Shown here: positions 19,823-28,932 of the stretch, one piece after another | How the letters are laid out: every line of letters begins with the position of its first letter | How positions within the stretch are numbered: the first letter of the stretch is position 1 | Assembly (NCBI GenBank): GCA_016706685.1 | Contig: JADJJE010000003.1 | Location: 321,780 to 385,779, forward strand | DNA length: 64,000 nt | Reading direction: 5' to 3' | Source: Sandaracinaceae bacterium | Lineage (GTDB): Bacteria > Myxococcota_A > Polyangia > Polyangiales > Houyiibacteriaceae | The notes under the pieces: model-generated | Told to the model about the DNA's origin: nothing | Databases searched by the model: none | Seen by the model: only the letters and a program-made list of their open reading frames with translations | Program-made: the position numbers and the translations under genes

Positions 19823-20836
19823 ATGACCGCCCCCTACCTCGATCGTGTCGCGCTGCGCGGCTGTCCCACACAACCCACCCCGCTCACCCTCGGCACCTGG
19901 GGCGTGATGACGGACGCCTACCAGGACGTGCTCACGGACGCGGCCTTCCAGGAGCTCGTGGTCTATGCCTACAAGCTGGGCATCCGCAGCTTCGACCTGG
20001 CGCTGCTGTGGGACGGGGAGCGCGCCATGCGCCTGCTGGCCGAGGCCCTCGGCCCGGAGACCGCCTCGTGCTTCTTCTTCCTGCGGGCGGGCCGCCTGCC
20101 GACCGGCAAGCCCAACGCGCCCATCACCGCGGACTTCGGGCTGCGGGCGCTGCGCCCGCACGTGGAGCGCGCGAGAGAGCTGCTGGGCGTGGGGCGCATC
20201 GACATGCTGCTGCTGCACGCCCCGCCGCGCACGCTGGTGGAGCGCGGCGAGACCATGCAGTCCCTCGACGAGCTGCGCAGCGAAGAGCTGGTGCACGCCA
20301 TCGGGCTCAGCACCACCAGCGGCGCCGTCGCGCTGACCGCGCTCGAGCAGGGCTTCGCCTGTGCGGCCATGCCCTACAACGCGCTCCAGACGCACGCCGT
20401 GCGCGAGCTGGACGAGGGCTTCCCGGTGGTGGGTGACGAGAGCCCACGCTGCGTGCTGGCCCACTCCCCGCTGCTGCACGGGGTCATGCCGGCGCGCATC
20501 CCCGCGGGGCACGTCTACCCGCCCGGGGACCACCGCCGTGACCGCTGGACCGAGGACGCGCTGCGCACCCGCATCTACCACGCGCGCGCGCTGGCAGGGC
20601 TCGCCAAGCGGCACACCGACAACGCCCGCAAGAGCGAGACCTACATCCCCGACCTCACCGCGCTGGCGCTGCGCTTCGCGCTCTCGCACCCGCGCGTGGC
20701 CAGCGTGGCCATCGGGCCGCGCACCACCAAGCAGCTGGCGCTGCTCATGGACAGCGTGAACGAAGCCGACCCCTTGGCGCTGGACGCCGAGACGCTGCGC
20801 GAGATCGAGACCCGGCTCGCGAGCGCTGGCGCCTGA
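19823..20836 (+). CDS. Aldo/keto reductase family oxidoreductase
   Basis: 337 aa. LGTWG, IDMLLLHAP, IGLS and HPRVASVAIGPRTTKQL motifs typical of AKRs. Confidence 0.75.
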   Translation: MTAPYLDRVALRGCPTQPTPLTLGTWGVMTDAYQDVLTDAAFQELVVYAYKLGIRSFDLALLWDGERAMRLLAEALGPETASCFFFLRAGRLPTGKPNAPITADFGLRALRPHVERARELLGVGRIDMLLLHAPPRTLVERGETMQSLDELRSEELVHAIGLSTTSGAVALTALEQGFACAAMPYNALQTHAVRELDEGFPVVGDESPRCVLAHSPLLHGVMPARIPAGHVYPPGDHRRDRWTEDALRTRIYHARALAGLAKRHTDNARKSETYIPDLTALALRFALSHPRVASVAIGPRTTKQLALLMDSVNEADPLALDAETLREIETRLASAGA

Positions 20837-20888
20837 CGCCCAACCAGGGGTAGCATCCCGCTCCCCCCTCACAGCGAGAGAGACACCC

Positions 20889-21374
20889 GTGGCCAGTGTG
20901 ACCTTCAAGTTCAAGCAAGACGTCCAGACCGTGTACGCGTTCGTCAGCAACGCCGAGGAAGTGCGCAAGCGCTCGGTGGCCTTCGGCGACCGGGACATTC
21001 GCATCGACGTGAGCGAAGCCGGCGGGACCAAGACCATCACCAACACGCGCCTGGTGACGGCGGACGTGCCGGGCTTCATGAAGAAGCTCTTCAACCCCAC
21101 CAACACCGTGGTGGACAAGAAGGCCTGGCGAGTCGAGGGCGACAAGGTCGTCGGCCGCCTGGACGTGGATGTGCAGGGCACGCCCACAGAGCTCCACGGC
21201 ACCATCACCATCGCCCCGGCCGCGAGCGGCAGCACCTACTCCATCGAGTTCAAGGGCACCGCCAAGATCCCGCTCATCGGCGGCAAGGTGGAGGCCTACG
21301 TGGAAGAGCAGTCCCAGAAGGGCATGCGCGAAGAGTTCGAGTACAACCAGAAGCAGCTGGACGCCGCCGGCTGA
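20889..21374 (+). CDS. DUF2505 / SRPBCC (START-like) ligand-binding protein
   Basis: GTG start. 161 aa. The pattern ..VPGFMKKLF..W......G.L.V.V.G.P....G.I.I....GST..I...A.IPLIGGKVE resembles DUF2505. Assigned from memory of the family, not from a search. Confidence 0.55.
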   Translation: MASVTFKFKQDVQTVYAFVSNAEEVRKRSVAFGDRDIRIDVSEAGGTKTITNTRLVTADVPGFMKKLFNPTNTVVDKKAWRVEGDKVVGRLDVDVQGTPTELHGTITIAPAASGSTYSIEFKGTAKIPLIGGKVEAYVEEQSQKGMREEFEYNQKQLDAAG

Positions 21375-21384
21375 GGCGCACGCG

Positions 21385-22632
21385 GTGACCGAGGAGCGTG
21401 ACGGCGCGGCCGGAGCAGAGCCGAGTGACGAAGGGCCCGAGCTGACGGGCCTCGGCAGCTTGGCTTCGGCGCACGGCGCGCTCACCACCGGACGCGGGCT
21501 CTTGTCCGGCGTGGTGGGCTTCGCGCTGGCGGTCATGAGCCTGCTCGGCGTCATCGGTTTTCACTTCCCGGCGTACCTGTCCACGCCCGAGTTCCGCGCC
21601 GTCTACGACGTGACCACCCTGCGCTACCTCATGGCGGGCGGCATGGTCATCGCGGGGGCCATCTCCATCGTGAACGGCGTCTTCGGGCGCACGCGCTGGC
21701 TGGCGGCGTGGACGTTCCTGATCCTGGTGGTGGCGCAGCTGCTGGGCGGGCCCACCACGCCCATCCCGGACTTCCCCGACAACACGCCGTATCTCGGGCT
21801 CGACTTCCTGATCCTGGACCTGCTCGGGTCCACGCTGGTGTTCGTGCTCATCGAGAAGGTGCGCCCGCTGCGCCGGGATCAGCCGGTGTTCCGCGCCGAG
21901 TGGCAGAACGACCTGACGCACTTCTTCTTCAACCACCTGGTCGTGGGCTTCGTGCTGCTCATCACCAACCGCGTGGTGCACGATGGCCTCGGCTGGGCCA
22001 CCCACGACGGCGTGCGCGGGTTCATCGCGGGGCTGCCCTTCGTGCTGCAGCTCTTCCTGGTGGTGCTGGTGGCGGACCTGGTGCAGTACGGCGCGCACCG
22101 CTCGTACCACGAGGTGGGCTTCCTCTGGCGCTTCCACGCGGTGCACCACAGCGCCAAGGAGATGGACTGGTTGGCGGGCTCGCGGCAGCACATCCTCGAG
22201 CTCATCGCCACGCGCATCTTGGTGCTGTCGCCCATCTTCCTGCTGGGCTTCTCCCAGCGCGTCATCGACGCCTACGTCATCATCGTGGGCTTCCAGGCGG
22301 TGTTCAACCACTGCAACGTGAACGTGCGCCTGGGCCCGCTGCGCTACGTGCTGGTGACGCCCAACTTCCACCACTGGCACCACTCGCGCGACACCGAAGC
22401 GGTGGACAAGAACTACGCGGCGCACTTCGCGTTCATCGACTACGCGTTCGGCACGGCCGTGCGAGCGGACCGCATGTGGCCCGACCGCTATGGCGTGATC
22501 GGGGACTACATCCCGGTGGGCTTCCTGAAACAGCAGGCGTTCCCGTTCCTGGGCAGCACCGAGAGCCGCGAGCGCTCGCTGCTGCCGCCCGAGAGCCACG
22601 CGTGGACTCCGCCAGGTAAGTCGGAGGGCTGA
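21385..22632 (+). CDS. Fatty acid hydroxylase / sterol desaturase superfamily membrane di-iron enzyme with extra N-terminal TM region
   Basis: GTG at 21385, 10 nt after the previous stop. The part of the track ORF from 21169 overlaps the upstream gene in junk frame. Histidine boxes HRSYH, HAVHH and HHWHH. Multiple TM helices. Confidence 0.8.
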   Translation: MTEERDGAAGAEPSDEGPELTGLGSLASAHGALTTGRGLLSGVVGFALAVMSLLGVIGFHFPAYLSTPEFRAVYDVTTLRYLMAGGMVIAGAISIVNGVFGRTRWLAAWTFLILVVAQLLGGPTTPIPDFPDNTPYLGLDFLILDLLGSTLVFVLIEKVRPLRRDQPVFRAEWQNDLTHFFFNHLVVGFVLLITNRVVHDGLGWATHDGVRGFIAGLPFVLQLFLVVLVADLVQYGAHRSYHEVGFLWRFHAVHHSAKEMDWLAGSRQHILELIATRILVLSPIFLLGFSQRVIDAYVIIVGFQAVFNHCNVNVRLGPLRYVLVTPNFHHWHHSRDTEAVDKNYAAHFAFIDYAFGTAVRADRMWPDRYGVIGDYIPVGFLKQQAFPFLGSTESRERSLLPPESHAWTPPGKSEG

Positions 22633-22653
22633 AGCGGTGGGCCCCGAGCGCTC

Positions 22654-23364
22654 ATGACGCCGCCGCGAGAGAGCAGGCGGGAGCGCTTCGAGGCCCGCTG
22701 GCCGCAGCTTCGAGCAGCGTTGATCGCGTTCCACGTGCTCATGGTCGTGGTGATGTCGCTCCCTGCACCGGACGCGCTGCTGAGCGGCATGGGCTGGGAC
22801 AGCGTGAACACGCAGGCCGAGGTGGCCCGCTGGGCGGAGGGGCTCAGCCGCGTGGGCGCCGAGACTACGCCGGATGCGCTCGGGGCCTCCGTTCGGCAGG
22901 GCGCCGAGCGCTACCGGGGGTTCCACACCGCGCTCACTGCGCCGTTCTCCATGTACTCGCAGCTGAGCGGCGCGCGGCAGGGCTGGGTGATGTTCGCCAA
23001 GCCCCAGCGCCACCCGGCGGAGCTGCACATCGACCTGTGGGATGGGACCGCGTGGCAAGCCGTCTATCGCCCCCACGACAGCGCGCACGACTTCTGGGGC
23101 GAGCGTCTGCGCCATCACCGCATGCGCAAGCAGTTGGGGCGGTTCGCGCGGACGTTCGACATGCCCACCTACGACCGCCTCGCCGAGTTCCTGGCGCGCG
23201 AAGTGGCGAGGGCCCACCCCGAGGCGCGCCGAGTGCGGGTGCAGCTCTACCGCTATGCCACGCTTCCACCCGAAGCCGTGCGCGCGGGAGCGACGCCGCT
23301 CGGTGAGTACGAGCACGCGCGGCGCTACAACGCGGCCACCCTGCGCGCGGGAGGCGCTCCGTGA
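22654..23364 (+). CDS. N-terminally membrane-anchored hypothetical protein, HTTM partner
   Basis: 236 aa. TM helix LRAALIAFHVLMVVVMSL. Conserved-looking GARQGWVMFAKP motif. The stop overlaps the HTTM start (GTGA at 23361..23364). Confidence 0.6.
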   Translation: MTPPRESRRERFEARWPQLRAALIAFHVLMVVVMSLPAPDALLSGMGWDSVNTQAEVARWAEGLSRVGAETTPDALGASVRQGAERYRGFHTALTAPFSMYSQLSGARQGWVMFAKPQRHPAELHIDLWDGTAWQAVYRPHDSAHDFWGERLRHHRMRKQLGRFARTFDMPTYDRLAEFLAREVARAHPEARRVRVQLYRYATLPPEAVRAGATPLGEYEHARRYNAATLRAGGAP

Positions 23365-24314
23365 AGGCTCGGTGGTGCGCGTGGGTGGCGCGGTGCGACC
23401 GGCGCGAAGCGGCGACCACGCTGGCTTGCTTCCGCATCGCCATCGGGTTGGTCACGCTCTACAGCCTGCTGGACGTGGGGCTGGGCGGGCTCGTGGACGT
23501 GCTGTGGGTGGACTACCACTCGGGTGGCTACGCCTGCCTCGGCACCGGCAACTGGCTGATGACCCTGATGGGCGGAGCCACGCCGCCGGTGGTTCACGCC
23601 CTGTATGGCGTGGCGCTCGGCAGCGCGCTGCTGGTGACCATGGGCCTCGCGGGGCGCCTGAGCGCGCTCGTGGCGGGCCAGACGTACATGGCCCTGGTGT
23701 TCGTGAACGGCAGCGCCACGGGCGGCTACGACATGTTGATCACGAACGCGCTCTGGCTGCTGGTGCTGGGTGACGCCACACGCACGCTCTCGTTGGACTG
23801 CCGCCTGCGCTCCGGGAGCTTCGTGAGTGACGCGAGCATCCCCGCGTGGCCGCGCTACCTCGCGGTGTTCCAGCTGGTCGTGATGTACACCACCACCGGC
23901 CTGCACAAGCTCAGCACCCCGTGGCTCCCCATGGGCGGCTACTCCGCGCTCTACGACGTGCTCCAGGAGCCCACGTGGCGCCGCTTCGACATGCGCTGGA
24001 CCGCCCACGTCTATCCGTTGACGCAGCTGGCCACGGCCACCACGTGGTTCTTCGAGGTGGGCGCGCCGCTCTTGCTGGTGTGGTTCTACTTCCGCCACAC
24101 CCGTGAGCGCCCGGGGCGCGCGCGGGCGTGGTTCGCGCGCCGCGACCTGCGCTTCCCGTTCGTGGCCATCGGGCTCGTGTTGCACCTCGGCATCCTGGTC
24201 ACGCTGAACGTGGGGCCGTTCTCGTGGGCGGCGATCGCCTACTACCTGTGCCTGTGGCACCCCGACGAGCTCGCAGGGGCCAGGGCCTGGACGATGCGGC
24301 GCGCCGAGCGGTAG
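23361..24314 (+). CDS. HTTM domain (vitamin K-dependent gamma-carboxylase-like / SdpB-like) polytopic membrane protein
   Basis: 317 aa. LACFRIAIGLVTLYSLLD, then repeated TM helices with W/Y-rich loops (YLAVFQLVVMYTTTGLHKL, FFEVGAPLLL, GLVLHLGILVTLNVGPFSW), which is the typical HTTM layout. Confidence 0.75.
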   Translation: MKARWCAWVARCDRREAATTLACFRIAIGLVTLYSLLDVGLGGLVDVLWVDYHSGGYACLGTGNWLMTLMGGATPPVVHALYGVALGSALLVTMGLAGRLSALVAGQTYMALVFVNGSATGGYDMLITNALWLLVLGDATRTLSLDCRLRSGSFVSDASIPAWPRYLAVFQLVVMYTTTGLHKLSTPWLPMGGYSALYDVLQEPTWRRFDMRWTAHVYPLTQLATATTWFFEVGAPLLLVWFYFRHTRERPGRARAWFARRDLRFPFVAIGLVLHLGILVTLNVGPFSWAAIAYYLCLWHPDELAGARAWTMRRAER

Positions 24315-24324
24315 GGTCGTCGGC

Positions 24325-25299
24325 ATGAGCGTTCGCAAGCAGCGTGCATGCTGGTGCATGATGATGACCCTCGCGGGAGCGACGGCGGTGGCCGGGTGCA
24401 GCAACGGGTCCAGCGGCAGGCGGACGGGCACACAGGAAGAGAGCGCGGAGGCACACCCGCCAGAGGTCGAAGCCGCAGCCGAGGACGAGGTCGTGGCGGC
24501 CGCCGAAGCCGAGCCTCCAGCGGTGCCCGTCCGGGCCCAGGCGCGCATCGCGGGCGCAGCGAGCTGGTCGGGTCAGGTGCACGGCGGCGAGGTCTTCTCG
24601 CACGCGCTGGCGCGCCTGGTGGAGCCCTGCTTCGACGGCGGGGCGTTGCCGCGCGACGTGACGGTAAGCGTGCCGGTGGCTACCGACGGTAGCCTCGGGG
24701 AAGCGAGCCTCGCGCCCATGGGCGCAGGGGACGAGGCCCGGCTCACGTGCATCCGGGCTGCGCTCACCGTGGCCCGCGTGGGTGCCTCTGGGGACCCGCT
24801 GGGTGGCCACCTGACCGTCCCGCTGCGCGTGGAGGCTGCGACGGCCGAGCGCGCACCCTTCACCTTCCCCGCCCACCCGGACGACCTCTGCGTGCGTGAC
24901 GCCGACTGCGTGCTGATTACGGGCGACTGCACGTCTCCTGTGGCCGCGCGCGACCTGCGCGCCAGCGAGCGAGCCCGCCAGACCGAGCTGCAGCTCTCGG
25001 TGGGAGAGTGCGCGGGGGGTCCCATGACGGCGCCGGTGCGCGCGGTGTGCACGGGCCTGCTGTGCGCCACTGCCCCGAGCGACCACCCCGAGTGGCGGCT
25101 CTGCCGGCAGACGTCCGAGTGCGTGAACGTGCCGCGTCACTGTGGCGGCTGGGACGTGGTGGCACGCCGGGCCGAGCGCGAGGCCCGCACCGCGTTCGCG
25201 GCCGAGACCCCGGGCTGCAGCACCGCGAGCGACCCCGACGACACCCACCAAGCGTCCTGCCGCTACGGGTTCTGCGCCTTCGAGTGGCGGAACCCATGA
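24325..25299 (+). CDS. Cysteine-rich lipoprotein, hypothetical
   Basis: Signal peptide plus lipobox (TAVAGC SNGS). About 17 Cys, most of them in the C-terminal ~130 aa (DDLCVRDADCVLITGDCTS..ECAGG..VCTGLLCAT..LCRQTSECVNVPRHCGGW..CRYGFCAFEW). Lies 10 nt after the HTTM gene. Confidence 0.6.
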   Translation: MSVRKQRACWCMMMTLAGATAVAGCSNGSSGRRTGTQEESAEAHPPEVEAAAEDEVVAAAEAEPPAVPVRAQARIAGAASWSGQVHGGEVFSHALARLVEPCFDGGALPRDVTVSVPVATDGSLGEASLAPMGAGDEARLTCIRAALTVARVGASGDPLGGHLTVPLRVEAATAERAPFTFPAHPDDLCVRDADCVLITGDCTSPVAARDLRASERARQTELQLSVGECAGGPMTAPVRAVCTGLLCATAPSDHPEWRLCRQTSECVNVPRHCGGWDVVARRAEREARTAFAAETPGCSTASDPDDTHQASCRYGFCAFEWRNP

Positions 25300-26147
25300 G
25301 CGAGGCCGAGACCTCGCCGCGGCGCGAGGGCGAGGCGAGCCGCATCCGCGGCGTGGTGCGCACCGCTGGCCAGACACTGCGCTCCAAGCTGAACGACGCG
25401 CCGTGCGTGTACTGGGACGTGCGCGTGGGGCTGGCCGATGAGCCCGAGGCCACCGATGTGTGCACCTTCTGGGTGGAGGACGAAGGCGGCGAGCGCTTCC
25501 TGGTTCGGGTGGACGCGCTCGAGGTGGACGTGCGGGCGCAGCGCGCCGAGTCGTTGGTGCAGCTCGTGGAGGAGGACATCATCGCGGTGAGCGCCACCAT
25601 CCGCGCGCTCAAGGAGACCGCCAAGCACGGCCCGCTCGCGCAGCAGGGCGAGGCCAACCGCGAGCGGCGCCGGCTGGCGAAGGTGGCCACGCTGCTGTGC
25701 GCCGTGCGCGCCGAGGCACGCGGGAACGTGCACGTGGGCGGGGACCTCGCGGGGCAGCGCAAGTGGATCGCCGCGCACGTGCACATCGCCACCAACGAGG
25801 CCGGGCGCTCGCTCCAGCGCCGCGAGGAGCGCTTCGAGGTGGTGCTACGCGAGGGTGACTCCGTGGAGGTGTCGGGCGTGCTGCGGCGCGAGCCACTGCC
25901 GAGTGGGCTGGGCGGCGGCTACCGAGAGCGCACCGACTGCTGGGCCATGGCCCCGGGGGCGAGTGGCCACGTGCGCGTGGTGGGGGTGGGCGCCAGCGCT
26001 CCCGTCCCGGAAGCGGAGCTGAGGCCGAAGCAGACCGCGGGTCGTGACCCCAGCCTGCCCCACACGTGGCCCAAGCTGGACCCGGTGTTGGTGGTGGTGA
26101 TCGGGGTGTCGGCGCTGCTCTCGGCGCTGGCTCACGCGCTGGACTGA
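25296..26147 (+). CDS. Hypothetical C-terminally anchored protein, weak GIDE-domain-like N-terminal region
   Basis: ATG at 25296 overlaps the upstream stop (ATGA). RIRGVVRTAGQTLRSKLNDAPCVYWDVRV resembles the GIDE-domain core. C-terminal TM helix LDPVLVVVIGVSALLSALAHAL. The family call is tentative. Confidence 0.45.
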   Translation: MSEAETSPRREGEASRIRGVVRTAGQTLRSKLNDAPCVYWDVRVGLADEPEATDVCTFWVEDEGGERFLVRVDALEVDVRAQRAESLVQLVEEDIIAVSATIRALKETAKHGPLAQQGEANRERRRLAKVATLLCAVRAEARGNVHVGGDLAGQRKWIAAHVHIATNEAGRSLQRREERFEVVLREGDSVEVSGVLRREPLPSGLGGGYRERTDCWAMAPGASGHVRVVGVGASAPVPEAELRPKQTAGRDPSLPHTWPKLDPVLVVVIGVSALLSALAHALD

Positions 26148-26162
26148 CGCGCCGTTGTGGCC

Positions 26163-26687
26163 TCAGCGCCCCTTGGCGAGCCGCAGCGCGAGCGCCCCCG
26201 TGCCGAGCGACAGCAGAGCGCACCCGCTCACCAGCCACATGCCCGCGCCGGTGGAGTCGAGGAAGGCGCTGATGAGCGTGTAGAGGCCCACCAACACGAT
26301 CAGGATGCCGGTGGCCATGCCCGCCCACGCGAGCCCGCGGAAGCCCTTGATGGAGGTGGCCAGGAGCGCGAGACCGATGAGCGGGATGCTGAAGATCAAT
26401 CCGCGGCTCGGCGCCGACAGCTGCTCGACCGCCTCACCGCCAGCGAGCACGAGGCTGAAGCCGCTGAGCGACACCAGCTCGCCGAGCTTGATCCAGGGCA
26501 GGAAGAAGCCAACGATCAAGCCCACGCCCGAGAGACCCTGCAGGATGCGCAGCCAGATGGGGGCCACGCTGGGCTTGGCTGGGGGAGACGCTGTCGCCGT
26601 GCCCGTGCTCGCAGGCGCCGTGATGGGGCCTGCGCCCGCGGTGGTGGAGGGCGCGCTGACGGGGGTCGTGGTCTCGGTGTCGGTCAC
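26163..26687 (-). CDS. Hypothetical 4-TM membrane protein with T/A/P-rich N-terminus
   Basis: Frame of track ORF 26163..27002. There is no ATG near the start; GTG 26687 (MTDTETTTPVSAP..) is my best guess. TM helices GLSGVGLIVGFFLPW, IFSIPLIGLALLA, GMATGILIVLVGLY and MWLVSGCALLSLG. Confidence 0.5.
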   Translation of the reverse strand: MTDTETTTPVSAPSTTAGAGPITAPASTGTATASPPAKPSVAPIWLRILQGLSGVGLIVGFFLPWIKLGELVSLSGFSLVLAGGEAVEQLSAPSRGLIFSIPLIGLALLATSIKGFRGLAWAGMATGILIVLVGLYTLISAFLDSTGAGMWLVSGCALLSLGTGALALRLAKGR

Positions 26688-26764
26688 GAGCCGTACAGTA
26701 ACAGCAGAAGCACGGGTTCCGCAGATCCTTGAACATGGCGAGGGAGAGCGAGCCGCCTGCGACG

Positions 26765-27520
26765 TCAGGCGGCGGTCCAGCCACCGTCCACGTGCACGAT
26801 GCTGCCCGTGACGTAGCTGCTGGCGTCGCTCGCGAGGTACAGCGCGGCGGACACCACCTCGTCGGCGCGGCCCAGGCGGCGCATGGGCGCGCGACGCTCC
26901 ACGTAGCCCCGCAGGGAAGCGGATTCGCTCTCGCCGCCCACCATGTCGGTGTCCATGAAGCCGGGCGCCAGCGCGTTGACGCGCACCCCACGGCGAGCCC
27001 ACTCCACCCCGAGCGCGCGGGTCAGCTGCTCGATGGCACCCTTGCTGGTGATGTAGGGCGATGCGCCCGGGATGGCCGTCCGGCCGAGCACGCTGCCCAC
27101 CATGACCACGCTGCCCTGCCCGCGCGCCAGCATGGCGGCGCCGAGGCCACGCGTCAGGCGCACCACGCCCATGACGTTGATGGCCATGACGCGCTCCCAG
27201 ACCTCGTCACTGGCGTCCACGAAGGGCAGCGGCTCGCTGTACCCCGCGTTGTTGATCAGCACGTCCACGGGCCCACCCGCGAGCGTGGCCGCGATCAGCG
27301 CATCGGCGCCCTCACGCGTGGCGAGATCCGCGGGCACCACCAGGGCCTCGCGCCCCAGCGCGCGCACCTCGCTGGCAAGCTGCTCGAGCAGTGGCTGCTG
27401 ACGCGCGGTGAGCACCAAGTCGGCGCCCGCACGCGCGAAGCCCAACGCCAGCTCGCGCCCGAGCCCACGACTGGCCCCCGTCACCACCACACGCTTACCG
27501 CTGAAGTCGAAGATGCTCAT
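26765..27520 (-). CDS. SDR family oxidoreductase (FabG-like)
   Basis: ATG at 27520 (MSIFDFSGKRVVVTGASRGLG), overlapping the upstream stop (ATGA). NNAG, YxxxK (SPYITSK) and a HVDGGW tail. Confidence 0.88.
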   Translation of the reverse strand: MSIFDFSGKRVVVTGASRGLGRELALGFARAGADLVLTARQQPLLEQLASEVRALGREALVVPADLATREGADALIAATLAGGPVDVLINNAGYSEPLPFVDASDEVWERVMAINVMGVVRLTRGLGAAMLARGQGSVVMVGSVLGRTAIPGASPYITSKGAIEQLTRALGVEWARRGVRVNALAPGFMDTDMVGGESESASLRGYVERRAPMRRLGRADEVVSAALYLASDASSYVTGSIVHVDGGWTAA

Positions 27521-28816
27521 GCTGCGAATCGCTCCCGTAACCAAGGCAGAAGATGCGCGTTGCAGAGCCGCGCGCGGCCCTCCCCGAGCGCCTCGCCTTC
27601 TGCTCCGACGCTGTGAAAATAGTGGTCCACGTGGTCCACCTGCGTGAACGTCTTGTCCTCGCTCGCCAGCCACGCGAGCTGCGCGCGGCACTCGGCCTCG
27701 TAGATCTCGGTGTCGGCGTCGGCATACACCACCAGCGCTGGCACGCGCACGTCGGGCAGCGTCTTCTCGAGGGCCGCGTTGCTGCTGAGACCGGACCAGG
27801 TGGACAGCCAGCCACGCGCGCTCATCACGCGACCGAGGCCCTCACCGTAGTTGCCCGCGATGGGGTCACGCCCGCCCACCGCGAAGAGCGAGCCGATGGG
27901 ACGGCGGTTGGGGTCGAGCGTGAGGTCGAGGTAGCGCGGGTCGGCCAGCGTCCGATAGATGAGCATGTAGCGCCGCGTGATGCCTCGTCGCAGCGCGTCG
28001 CGGCGGAGCGCCTCCGGCAGACCCTCGATGCCGGCTCGTGCCCGGGCCTGGCGAGCCTCCTCGCACCACGCGAGGCAGCGCGCGTCCAGCCGCTCGCAGC
28101 GCTCGACCTGCCCGCGCCGGAACTCGGCCACGAAGTCCGGCCGGATAGCGGGACGGTCCTTCGCGCATGGGCCGGTAGCCATTGCGCGGGTCGTACATGT
28201 CGAGGCGCGGGTTCACCGCGGTGGGGTCGCTCTCGTCCACCACGCTCGGGTCCAGGCGCTCCAGCATGAAGCGCCCCTCGCCCTGGTGCGCCGCGATGAG
28301 CACCAGCCCCTCGGCGGGCGGCAGGTCGAAGTCCGCGAGCGGCACCTTGTCGCCCGAGGGCGCGCGCGCGAGCCGGTCCGCAGGCGCCTTACCCTGCTGC
28401 TGGAGGTAGAGCGCGAAGAGCGAGCCGCCGCCCGAGTTGCCCAGCAGGACCACGCGCGTGAAGCGCTGTCGCAAGGCGCGGATCACGCCCCCCACGTCCA
28501 GCAAGAGCCGCTCGTGCAGCGCGTCGGCGTCATTGTGGAGATGGCGCGTGGTAGCTCCGCAGACCGCGTAGCCGCCCAGCGCCAGGTGTGGCGCGGTGTA
28601 GTGCAGCTGGAAGTCCCCACGCGGGTGCATGAGCAGCAGCACGGTGTCGGGGTCACGCGGCAGGGGACCGACGTGTCCGTCCGGCAGCGGCGGGAGGTAG
28701 AGCTGCGCGGCCAGCGGGTGTCCGTCGAGCGCGTGCATGGCCAGCACCTCGCGGCGCACGCGCGGGTCGCACGCGCGAAAGTGGGGTGGGTAGTAGAACT
28801 TCGGCGCTTCGGTCAC
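27517..28816 (-). CDS. Alpha/beta hydrolase, frame broken near 28137..28175 in this assembly
   Basis: GTG at 28816 with GGAG 6 nt upstream (VTEAPKFYYPPH..). Nucleophile elbow GNSGGGS in ORF 27866..29071. After ..DMYDPRNGYRP.. that frame degrades to junk. The C-terminal part (..RPDFVAEFRRGQVERCERLD...VDHVDHYFH..) is in ORF 27517..28182. The total span of 1300 nt is 1 nt too long for a single frame. Confidence 0.75.
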
Positions 28817-28932
28817 GGGACGCTCCTCGGTCGCGGCGGAGCATATCGTCCTGCGTGGGCCGTGGTCACTACCGCCGGGCGCGGGGGCCCCCGCTCGACC
28901 GGTGGCAGGCGCGGGGGTAGCTTCCGGCCGCC

